Positions 16,351-24,000 of a DNA stretch of 24,000 bases are shown one piece after another. This DNA comes from Enterococcus phage Riverwalk. The position numbers and the translations under genes are program-made. The DNA is taken from sequence record PV544179.1; one strand, written 5' to 3'. Each line of letters starts with the position of its first letter. The first letter of the stretch is position 1. A model generated the notes under the pieces. That model searched no databases. It was not told the DNA's origin and saw nothing but the letters and a program-made list of their open reading frames with translations.

Positions 16351-16362
16351 TGTGCTATATTA
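16351..16362 (+). promoter_or_regulatory. Putative phage promoter motif inside intron
   Basis: TGTGCTATATTA, identical 12-mer at 21032-21043 upstream of endolysin. Confidence 0.5.
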
Positions 16363-16394
16363 CGTATAGAAAACATTAAGGAGTTGCATCACGA

Positions 16395-17315
16395 ATGAGA
16401 AGAAAAACAAATGAAGAATTTTTAGCTGACTTGTATAGGGTACATGGGGATGAATACACTCCGTTAGAACCGTATACAAAGTCAAATACTCCAATCAAGG
16501 TTAGACATAATAACTGTGGAAACATATACACCACAACACCTAATAGACTCTCTCGTAGTGGCTGTCCTCAATGTTTTGGCAATTTTGCTAAGAAAAAGGA
16601 CACGAAAACTTTTAATAGAGAAGTGTTTGAACTAGTAGGTAATGAATACACCGTAGTTGGTGAGTATGTAAACAGAGCTACACCTATTGATATTGTCCAC
16701 AACAAATGTGGAACTCTATGTAAAATATCAGCAGGAAACTTTCTATGTGGTACTCGATGTGCGAAATGCGCTAAAGACTCACTAAGGTTAACTAAAGAAG
16801 AAGCTGAGCATAAAATGCAAGAGACAATAGGTACCGACTTTAGAATTGTTGGAGAGTACACCAACATGCAAACCAAAGTAGCTGTATTACACGAAACATG
16901 TGGTAACATATCCCATATTAGACTAACAGATGTTGTGTATAAAGGTGTTTCTTGCAGGTACTGCAACATGCCTAACGGAGAGAAACTCATCAAATCTGTG
17001 TTAACTCAACTCGGACTATCTTTTGAGATGCAAAAAACATTTGATGATTTAAAGAACATAAATAAGTTATCTTATGATTTTTATGTTCCGAGTAAGGAAC
17101 TACTTATCGAATACCAAGGAGAACAACACTTCAAGTGTAAGAACTTCGGAGGTATGTCAAAAGAAAAAGCCCAGATTAAATTTGAGTTACAGCAAATTAA
17201 TGATGAGTTAAAAAGAGAGTACGCTAAAGCTAAAGGTTTTAATCTAATTGAAGTTCCATATACGGTTAAAACTCTATCAGACGTTAAAAAATTCTTAGAA
17301 GAAAATATAAAGTAA
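16395..17315 (+). CDS. Intron homing endonuclease with Zn-finger repeats and a C-terminal PD-(D/E)xK/Vsr-like fold (I-Bth0305I/EDxHD-like)
   Basis: 306 aa; repeated HNNCGN...CPQC type modules; C-terminal GEKLIKSVLTQLGLSFEMQKTF...LSYDFYVPSKELLIEYQGEQHF. Confidence 0.75.
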   Translation: MRRKTNEEFLADLYRVHGDEYTPLEPYTKSNTPIKVRHNNCGNIYTTTPNRLSRSGCPQCFGNFAKKKDTKTFNREVFELVGNEYTVVGEYVNRATPIDIVHNKCGTLCKISAGNFLCGTRCAKCAKDSLRLTKEEAEHKMQETIGTDFRIVGEYTNMQTKVAVLHETCGNISHIRLTDVVYKGVSCRYCNMPNGEKLIKSVLTQLGLSFEMQKTFDDLKNINKLSYDFYVPSKELLIEYQGEQHFKCKNFGGMSKEKAQIKFELQQINDELKREYAKAKGFNLIEVPYTVKTLSDVKKFLEENIK

Positions 17316-17396
17316 AGCAGAGCAACCTAAACCAAAAATTAGGTTGATGATATAGTCTAGTCCCCTAATAAATATCGGGAAACCGAGGGTATAACG

Positions 17397-18964
17397 TAAG
17401 TGAGATGGGTGTTGGTTCTATGCTACAGTTTGCAGACACGCATAGTTATGATGCTGTTAAATGTCTTTATACATTCCCAACGAATGAGCAAATGACTAAA
17501 TTTGTACAGACAAGGTTAGACCCTGTTTTACAGAATGGGTACTACAGCACAATTGTAGACCAAGAAGTTAACTCATTAAAAGCTAAAAAAATAAGAAATA
17601 GCTTTTTGTATTTTCGTTCAAGCTCAAAACCGGGCGCTGTAGAGGGTGTCGATATTGACTATCTATCTATGGACGAGTATGACCGTGTACCTGCATTAGC
17701 AGAGGCTTCTGCGTTGGAGTCCATGTCTTCCTCACCTTATAAGATAGTTAACAGATGGAGCACCCCAAGTGCCCCAGATATGGGGATACATGGGCTCTTT
17801 AAAGGGTCAGACCAACATTGGTATTTACATAAATGTGAGAAATGTAATTATTATAACGAAATGAGTTATGATGCATATACACCAGAGGCTCCTGTAGAGA
17901 GTAGAGGTAACATTCTTTGTGTTAACCCAAAAGGGGTCGATGTTGTTGCTAAAACAGTAGTTGACGGCTCATTCCAGTTTGTTTGTCAAAAGTGTGGAGA
18001 ACCGTTAGACAGATGGTACAACGGTGTATGGGTACCTAAATACCCTGATAGAACAAAAAATGGTCTAGGTACTAGAGGATATATGATTTCCCAAATGAAC
18101 GCAGTATGGGTAACTGCCGACCAGTTAAAGACCAAAGAACTTCAATCATTGTCTAAACAAGCCTTTTATAACTATACTCTTGGATACCCTTATGCAGACT
18201 TGAAATTAACTGTTAACGACTCTGACGTTGATAGCCATAAGAGAAACTATTTAGTAGAACCTGCTAAAGACAGAGGTGACTATAAATTTATATCTGTTGG
18301 TATTGACTGGGGTAACAGACATTGGGTATCTATACATGGTGTTAAAACAAATGGTACGGTAGATTTGATAAAACTTTTTTCTGTGGGTAAGTCCAACCCG
18401 CTAGACCCTAATGCAATAGATGTAGACATACAGTCTATAAAATTACAGCTAGCTCCTTACAATCCAGATATAATCGTAGCTGACGTAGGGGACTCAGGGG
18501 ATAAAGTTGCTAAACTTATGCAAATTTATGGAAAAGAACGAGTTTTTGGGTGTGTCTACCCATCAACCCCTAAATCTACTGGTAACCTAGTACCTACTTG
18601 GAGCCCACAAGCAAATAAAGTATCCGCTGACAAGTTAATGCAGAATAAACGTTACATTAACAAGATGAAAGAAGGAGAAATAGGTTACTACTCAAAACCA
18701 GATACAGAGCTTAATTTATATAAAGAGCACTGGAAGAATGTTGTTATACGTGATATTGAGGACGAAAAGACATCGACAGGTTTTAGACAAATTATCGGCA
18801 GAAAAGGTGATGACCACTACTCACAAGCAAGCGTTTATTCCATGTTAGGGTATGAGTACCTAATGAATGTATTTACAGGAGTAAAAGAGTATGGATTTGA
18901 CTCTGATTGGGTGTCAACTCAATTAGCACCTACGAAACCTGATATATTTACAGAATTTGTATAG
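17397..18964 (+). CDS. terL: Terminase large subunit, exon 2
   Basis: Contiguous reading after intron removal; about 611 aa in total; ORF track 17405-18964; PSKPGAVEGVDIDYLSMDEYDRVP Walker B-like, nuclease-domain VGIDWG. Confidence 0.88.
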
Positions 18965-18970
18965 GTAGAT

Positions 18971-19010
18971 TGCCTTATTTAGTTTTAGTCAAGCTGAATA
19001 AGGCATTTTG
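18971..19010 (+). terminator. Terminator after terL
   Basis: TGCCTTATT...AATAAGGCA then TTTTG. Confidence 0.7.
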
Positions 19011-19030
19011 TATTGTTTGATATATATTTT

Positions 19031-19042
19031 TGTGGTATAATA
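19031..19042 (+). promoter_or_regulatory. Extended -10 promoter
   Basis: TGTGGTATAATA; same core as at 23712 and 13170 (minus). Confidence 0.65.
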
Positions 19043-19063
19043 AATATAGTTAGGGGGATAGTT

Positions 19064-19852
19064 ATGGTAGACAACAATGTAAAAATAAGTAAAAGTACAA
19101 TTGAAGGACTAATAAATAAGTCTTTAAGTTATGAGTACGTTATAAAAAATAACGAATTGCTGACAAACGAATATCAACATATTGTAAAAGCGTATGGGTT
19201 TGATAATTTTTATGACATGTATCTATATGCAGATAGCTGTGATTCTAAAGATATGTATTTAGTAAAAGGTGGTCAAAAAGACTTGTCTAAGCTGAAACCT
19301 GTTAAAAGAAAAGTTGTTAGAAATGGTAAAACTATGACTACAACTATTTATGAAGATACAGGCAGTTCAGACAGTAATAACAGCAACCCTTTAGACAAAG
19401 AGAGTAAAAAGAAAAAAGAGTTAGAACCAGTTAATGCTAAGGAACTACATAAGGTTAGCTTAGGTAGCGATGAAGAAGAGAAGTTAGACCCTAAAAAGAT
19501 AGCAAAATTGCTAGCAGACACTAAAAAATTTGGAAATAATTTTGATACGCAGTGTACTGATTATCTTATTCTTGAACAAGACTCTGTTACACGAGGAGTG
19601 GTAGGGTTTACTAGAGAAGGTTCTTATTTAAAAATGTCTTTCTCAATGTCAGATGAGGCTGTTGAAGGTATGAAGATGTTAGCTTTTTCACAGCTCACAT
19701 TAAAGGCTTGGAAATTGGGTCTAGGGGCTAAGATAAGCACAGATAATGCACCTGATGTAGAGGAACTAATTAGCTTATATGGATACAAAAGAAATAATAC
19801 AGAGTATATTGTGTCAATGAGCTCACTGCGTAGTCTTCTAGGGGAGCCTTAG
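19064..19852 (+). CDS. Hypothetical late protein (about 262 aa)
   Basis: ORF track starts at 19013 but SD GGGGGAT and ATG at 19064 (MVDNNVKIS) fit better, since the promoter lies at 19031. Confidence 0.75.
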   Translation: MVDNNVKISKSTIEGLINKSLSYEYVIKNNELLTNEYQHIVKAYGFDNFYDMYLYADSCDSKDMYLVKGGQKDLSKLKPVKRKVVRNGKTMTTTIYEDTGSSDSNNSNPLDKESKKKKELEPVNAKELHKVSLGSDEEEKLDPKKIAKLLADTKKFGNNFDTQCTDYLILEQDSVTRGVVGFTREGSYLKMSFSMSDEAVEGMKMLAFSQLTLKAWKLGLGAKISTDNAPDVEELISLYGYKRNNTEYIVSMSSLRSLLGEP

Positions 19853-20040
19853 TCATAAGTGCTACGTTAGTCATTATACTAGTATTTTCAACTATTATTT
19901 TTTTAATTTTTAATTTACTAGTAAGTAAGGTAGTTAAAGAATTTTATAACTTAAAGATGCTAGCAAAAGAGGGACTAACAGATAAAGTAACAGATATAAC
20001 AAATGATATAATGCATATATTGAAAGGAGAAATAAATAAT

Positions 20041-20673
20041 ATGGAATTAATTATGAATAATAAGAAACTAGATGAATTAACTAATAAGGTAGCTACTGAT
20101 GAGGACTACGATATTTTTGTAGAGAAGATGGGTAAGCTAGTTAAAGATTTGTATGAGAACTACCAGTTTTTACAACAAAACCCACCAGAAGGAGACTACA
20201 CATCAGGTTATTTTTTAGGGTTCCAAGTAATCAGAGCAGAATACCCAGTTGAGTATGAGAATTTATTTAGATTAGCTGTAGATAAAAATTTAAATGAACT
20301 AGAGATAAACAAGAGATTTGTCGAAGCTGTTAAGGATGGTAAAGTTTTACCACTAGGTGAGGCTATCATTGATGAATTACAAACAGGGTGTAGCTCTATA
20401 CTACAGGCACAAGAAGTACGTGTAAATATTGTATTTGGTACAAAAGAATATATGGCTAAGCAAGAAGAAGAGCGTAAAGAACGTCAAGCTAAGTTAGAAG
20501 AAGAACGAGAAAGAGCTATGGAAGTACTAAAAACAAAAGATGACGTGCTTAACACATTAAGAGTAACTGAGGCTTTGGCTAATGAATTAACAGATGAAGT
20601 CGCAGAAAAATATGATTTAATGGAGCTAGTTAACAGTATGAGAGAGGGGCTGAAAGCTCATAATGGAAATTAA
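20041..20673 (+). CDS. Hypothetical coiled-coil-rich protein; ORF track opens from 19957
   Basis: SD AAAGGAG about 11 nt upstream of ATG at 20041 (MELIMNNKK); acidic helical C-terminus. Confidence 0.7.
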   Translation: MELIMNNKKLDELTNKVATDEDYDIFVEKMGKLVKDLYENYQFLQQNPPEGDYTSGYFLGFQVIRAEYPVEYENLFRLAVDKNLNELEINKRFVEAVKDGKVLPLGEAIIDELQTGCSSILQAQEVRVNIVFGTKEYMAKQEEERKERQAKLEEERERAMEVLKTKDDVLNTLRVTEALANELTDEVAEKYDLMELVNSMREGLKAHNGN

Positions 20674-21007
20674 AAATTCTTTGGGGAAAGCTCTTATAAA
20701 AAATTTAAGATTGCTTAAAGAAAAAAGAGATGCAATGCCCGATAACTTAGAATATACAAGTCAAGTTATGATTCCTGTGCCCTACTATCTAATAAAAAAA
20801 GGGGATAATGCAGTAGAATCATTCCTTATGTGTGCGGGGATGATAAATAGGGATAAAGATTTAGGTCTGCCTATTTCTTTAGAGAAAGGTAAGCAACAAG
20901 TTAAGCTTAACAATGGAGAACTGACAACTATTGTAGAATGTGTTGCTACTTACTCAGATAAAACTGATATTGACGGTGTAGAGAGATTCTTAGTTGAACA
21001 TCTATAA
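20663..21007 (+). CDS. Hypothetical protein (114 aa)
   Basis: ORF track, overlaps upstream stop. Confidence 0.7.
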   Translation: MEIKNSLGKALIKNLRLLKEKRDAMPDNLEYTSQVMIPVPYYLIKKGDNAVESFLMCAGMINRDKDLGLPISLEKGKQQVKLNNGELTTIVECVATYSDKTDIDGVERFLVEHL

Positions 21008-21031
21008 AAATTAAATTAACGAGTTCTATTT

Positions 21032-21043
21032 TGTGCTATATTA
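21032..21043 (+). promoter_or_regulatory. Putative late promoter of endolysin
   Basis: TGTGCTATATTA followed by AT-rich sequence, no evident -35. Confidence 0.5.
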
Positions 21044-21100
21044 GATATGCATGAAATAGAACTCGTTTCTTTTTTATGACTAACTAAGGAGGTTTAATAG

Positions 21101-21970
21101 ATGGCAGGAGAAGTATTTAGTAGCTTGATTACAAGTGTAAATCCTAACCCAATGAACGCAGGTAGCCGTAATGGTATCTCTATTGACCGTATTATTCTAC
21201 ATCATAATGCAACAACAAATAAAGATGTTGCTATGAACACGTGGCTATTAGGTGGTGGTGCAGGTACGTCTGCGCACTATGAAGTCACACCAACAGAAAT
21301 TATAGGGTGTGTTGGTGAGCAGTATTCAGCATTCCATGCCGGAGGCACAGGTGGTATAGATGTCCCTAAGATTGCTAACCCTAATCAACGCTCAATCGGT
21401 ATCGAAAATGTAAACTCGTCAGGAGCACCTAACTGGGATGTAGACCCTAGAACAATTACAAATTGTGCCCGTTTAGTGGCAGATATTTGTAAACGTTATG
21501 GTATTCCATGTGACCGACAACACGTGTTAGGACATAACGAAGTAACTGCAACAGCATGTCCCGGAGGTATGGATGTAGACGAAGTTGTACGTCAAGCTCA
21601 ACAATTTATGGTAGGGGGCTCTAACAACGCAGTTAAACTAGAGCCAAGTAAACCTACACCAAGCAAACCAAGTAATAATAAAAATAAAGAAGGAGTGGCA
21701 ACTATGTATTGTTTATACGAAAGACCTATTAACTCAAAAACAGGAGTGTTAGAGTGGAATGGTGATGCATGGACAGTTATGTTTTGTAATGGAGTAAATT
21801 GTCGTAGAGTATCCCACCCAGATGAAATGAAAGTAATTGAGGATATTTACAGAAAAAACAACGGAAAAGACATCCCGTTCTACAGCCAAAAAGAGTGGAA
21901 TAAAAATGCACCATGGTATAACAGATTAGAGACAGTATGTCCAGTAATAGGTATTACTAAAAAATCTTAA
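21101..21970 (+). CDS. Endolysin, N-acetylmuramoyl-L-alanine amidase (Amidase_2) with C-terminal wall-binding domain
   Basis: IDRIILHHNATTNKD, HYEVTP, HAGG, SIGIENVN, HNEVTATACPG; 289 aa, phiEF24C ORF9/Lys170-like by recall. Confidence 0.95.
   Translation: MAGEVFSSLITSVNPNPMNAGSRNGISIDRIILHHNATTNKDVAMNTWLLGGGAGTSAHYEVTPTEIIGCVGEQYSAFHAGGTGGIDVPKIANPNQRSIGIENVNSSGAPNWDVDPRTITNCARLVADICKRYGIPCDRQHVLGHNEVTATACPGGMDVDEVVRQAQQFMVGGSNNAVKLEPSKPTPSKPSNNKNKEGVATMYCLYERPINSKTGVLEWNGDAWTVMFCNGVNCRRVSHPDEMKVIEDIYRKNNGKDIPFYSQKEWNKNAPWYNRLETVCPVIGITKKS
21704..21970 (+). CDS. Internally initiated C-terminal cell-wall-binding subunit of the endolysin
   Basis: In-frame SD AAGGAGTG followed by ATG at 21704 (MYCLYERPIN...), 88 aa. 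Confidence 0.7.
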   Translation: MYCLYERPINSKTGVLEWNGDAWTVMFCNGVNCRRVSHPDEMKVIEDIYRKNNGKDIPFYSQKEWNKNAPWYNRLETVCPVIGITKKS

Positions 21971-21980
21971 TACTAGATTT

Positions 21981-22007
21981 AAGACCATCTTAGGGTGGTC
22001 TTTTTTC
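21981..22007 (+). terminator. Terminator after endolysin
   Basis: AAGACCATCTTAGGGTGGTCTTTTTT. Confidence 0.85.
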
Positions 22008-22136
22008 TTTCTTTGTAATATTCGTAATAATATGTAATGGCTATGTAACCGCTTGTTATTTTGGCTGTAACAATTACATGTTATATTAGTTCTTGTAAGC
22101 AACACAAATAAAGAAAACATTGAGGAGAATTTTATT

Positions 22137-22626
22137 TTGAAGAAAACTAGTATTTTAGGTTTAAGTTTATTAAGTTTAGGTTTAGTAGTAGGTTTAGGAA
22201 CCGAAGCTAAGGCAGAAGAAGTAACAGAGAATGGTAAGACATATTGGAAGGTAGAGTTAGGAGACACACTATCAGAAATTGGAGCTAAGTACAACTTAGA
22301 TTTCACTAATATCCATAAAGTTAATAAAGGTGTTGTAGCTGACCCTAATGTTATTTTCGTAGGTGACAAATTGTTATTACCTTTAGATGAAAATGGCAAG
22401 CTAGTGGAACAAGTGAATACCACTGAACCAGATATTGAAGTACAATATAACGCACCAGTAACACCTGAACAACCTGTAGTTGTAGAACAAGAAGTTGTAG
22501 AGCAACCTGTAGTTGTAGCAGAAGCCCCTGCCCCTGTAGTAGAGGTACCTGCTGATAGTAGCTCAGCAAAAGAGTGGATTGCACAACGTGAATCTAGTGG
22601 TTCTTATGATGCAACAAATGGACAGT
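22137..22626 (+). CDS. Secreted LysM + transglycosylase-like wall hydrolase, exon 1
   Basis: Signal peptide MKKTSILGLSLLSLGLVVGLGTEAKA, LysM YWKVELGDTLSEIGAKYNLDFTNIHKVNKG, ESSGSYDATNGQ. Confidence 0.85.
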
Positions 22627-23465
22627 TAGCCAAATAACGTAATGCTGTCCATTTAAAAATAAATGCAACTAACCTTTATCAGGGGTGTCCTTATATAAAC
22701 AAAAAAATGAATAAGGGCTAACGGGGAATGCTTAACTGAGAATCCCGTGCTAGAAATATAAAATTATATATTTTGAAGTGTAACGACTAATTTAAGGTTA
22801 TTATTGATACATAATCTGAAACGTTGCGACAATAAGAGGAGGTTTAGCTTATTATGAGCAAACAAAAAGAAGAGTGGAAGGACTACACTGGTAGTATTAA
22901 ACAATTTCACGGTTGGATTAGAGTTTCTAATTTAGGAAGAGTTTTTAAAAAAGCAGGGAAAACTTCAAAAGGTGGTATTTTAAAAACTACCAAAAATAAT
23001 CAAGATTATATGAGAATTCATGTAAGTATAGAGGGTAAGACTTATAATAAACCTGTTCATAGGTTAGTAGCAGAAACCTTTTGTGAAAATCCATATAACA
23101 AACCTTTTGTAGACCATGTTAATGCAATTCGAGATGACAATAGAGCAAGTAATTTACGGTGGGTAACAACTTCTGAAAACAACCAAAATCCTATTTATGT
23201 GGAAAAGTTGAAAAAAAGAATATCGGAACAACTTAAAACTCACAATCATCTACAAGAAGCAAATAAGAAAAAATGTTTAATGGAACATAAGAATGGTACA
23301 ATTTTAATTTTTGATTCTATTCAAGATGTTCAAAAGCATTTTAACACAAAAGCAAACCTAAATAGAAAAATAAAATCTGGAGAATATTTCACATCTAAGA
23401 AATCAAAACTTTATGGATGGCGAATACGCTTATTGTAAGAGATAGTCTAATACTGCGACCTATTG
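22627..23465 (+). mobile_element. Group I intron (about 839 nt) with HNH endonuclease in LysM/transglycosylase gene
   Basis: Exon ends in T, intron ends in G; core GAGAATCCCGTGCTAGAAAT, TGTAACGACTAA, AGATAGTC; splicing gives NGQ-Y-IGRYQLS. Confidence 0.85.
22854..23438 (+). CDS. HNH homing endonuclease with NUMOD4 motif
   Basis: EEWKDYTGSIKQFHGWIRVSNLGRVFK and VHRLVAETFCENPYNKPFVDHVNAIRDDNRASNLRWVTTSENNQN; C-terminal DNA-binding-like segment. Confidence 0.92.
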   Translation: MSKQKEEWKDYTGSIKQFHGWIRVSNLGRVFKKAGKTSKGGILKTTKNNQDYMRIHVSIEGKTYNKPVHRLVAETFCENPYNKPFVDHVNAIRDDNRASNLRWVTTSENNQNPIYVEKLKKRISEQLKTHNHLQEANKKKCLMEHKNGTILIFDSIQDVQKHFNTKANLNRKIKSGEYFTSKKSKLYGWRIRLL

Positions 23466-23614
23466 ATATCGGTCGTTACCAATTATCGTCTTCATACTTA
23501 AACGGAGATTATTCACCTGCCAACCAAGAACGAGTAGCTGATGAGTATGTAGCAGGTCGCTATGGCTCATGGGAGAACGCAAAATCTTTCTGGTTAGCAA
23601 ATGGTTGGTACTAA
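23466..23614 (+). CDS. Secreted LysM + transglycosylase-like hydrolase, exon 2
   Basis: IGRYQLSSSYLNGDYSPANQERVADEYVAGRYGSWENAKSFWLANGWY; spliced product about 212 aa. Confidence 0.85.
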
Positions 23615-23631
23615 AATTAAATAGCAATAAT

Positions 23632-23659
23632 GACCCCTTAATAAAGGGGTCTTTTTTTT
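23632..23659 (+). terminator. Terminator after hydrolase gene
   Basis: GACCCCTTAATAAAGGGGTCTTTTTTTT. Confidence 0.9.
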
Positions 23660-23711
23660 ATGCTATATTAATATATAGTAAATAGTAATATAAAATGGTT
23701 ATGATTAGTTA

Positions 23712-23722
23712 TGTGGTATAAT
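23712..23722 (+). promoter_or_regulatory. Extended -10 promoter
   Basis: TGTGGTATAAT. Confidence 0.65.
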
Positions 23723-23756
23723 AGACTTATGTTAAAACCATTTAAGGAGGGGAAAC

Positions 23757-24000
23757 ATGGGTTATATTCAAGATGAGACATGGCAGATGGTTAAAAAAGT
23801 TGCTAAAAAGAATGGGTTTGTTGGTGATTGGATTTTAATTATCCACTCATACTATGAGTATGGTGGAAATCACGTCCAGATACATACAACAATAAACGGA
23901 GAAAGCTATAGAATTTTAAGGTTGTTAGATAGCAGAGAGATACTTTTATTAGATAGAAAAGGTAACCCTGTAATTTATGACTATGAAACAGTTAACGATG
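23757..24000 (+). CDS. Hypothetical protein, truncated by window end
   Basis: SD AAGGAGGGG, ATG, MGYIQDETWQMVKKVAKKNGFVGDWILIIHSYYEYGGNHVQIHTTINGESYRILRLLDSREILLLDRKGN..., open to end. Confidence 0.75.
   Translation, partial: MGYIQDETWQMVKKVAKKNGFVGDWILIIHSYYEYGGNHVQIHTTINGESYRILRLLDSREILLLDRKGNPVIYDYETVND

Larger units (their letters stand above)
16107..17396 (+). mobile_element. Group I intron in terL (about 1290 nt) carrying a homing endonuclease
   Basis: Exon 1 ends in T and the intron in G; core-like AATCCCGTGCTAAAT, GCCTAACGACTAAAT and GATATAGTC; removal restores the TerL frame. Confidence 0.88.

Noticed and set aside
16568-16993. Minus ORF 16568-16993
   Set aside because: Antisense to the intron endonuclease.
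16107-17396. TerL split interpreted as a pseudogene or frameshift
   Set aside because: Group I core signatures and precise U/G boundaries restore the frame, so an intron is the better explanation.
21926-22584. Minus ORFs 21926-22423 and 22351-22584
   Set aside because: Antisense to the LysM gene and crossing a terminator; low-complexity peptides.
1-24000. CRISPR arrays, toxin-antitoxin, retron/DGR or IS elements
   Set aside because: No regularly spaced direct repeats, reverse transcriptase, transposase or recognisable TA pair was seen in this window.

Overview
This 24 kb window looks like part of a large lytic myophage of Gram-positive hosts. By recall, the 289-aa amidase endolysin closely resembles that of the Enterococcus phage phiEF24C group (Herelleviridae, Kochikohdavirus-like); this has not been checked by search. 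The left part (about 1-9.7 kb, minus strand) is an early/metabolic module: thymidylate synthase, a Zn-finger protein, an SPFH/band-7 membrane protein, NrdF-NrdE-NrdH, an XRE regulator, small unknowns, and an AAA ATPase with an in-frame TAA between Walker A and Walker B. The centre (about 9.7-13.3 kb) has no credible long ORF and holds a minus-strand tRNA array (Tyr, Met, Pro, Leu, Arg, Trp, Asp, plus a separate Thr at 8.5 kb) along with unusual RNA-like elements. The standout is a roughly 600-nt element (12304-12899), closed by a 17-bp perfect long-range helix and containing nested hairpins with GNRA loops. It is a strong candidate for a giant ornate phage ncRNA (ROOL/GOLLD type). Two roughly 54-nt tRNA-like elements (13.02-13.16 kb) apparently lack an anticodon arm. 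At 13.34-13.64 kb there is a duplicated AT-rich module bordered by inverted 12-mers. The right part (plus strand) is late: terminase large subunit split by a group I intron carrying a homing endonuclease, late unknowns, an endolysin with an internal translation start, and a secreted LysM/transglycosylase-like protein split by a second group I intron with an HNH endonuclease.
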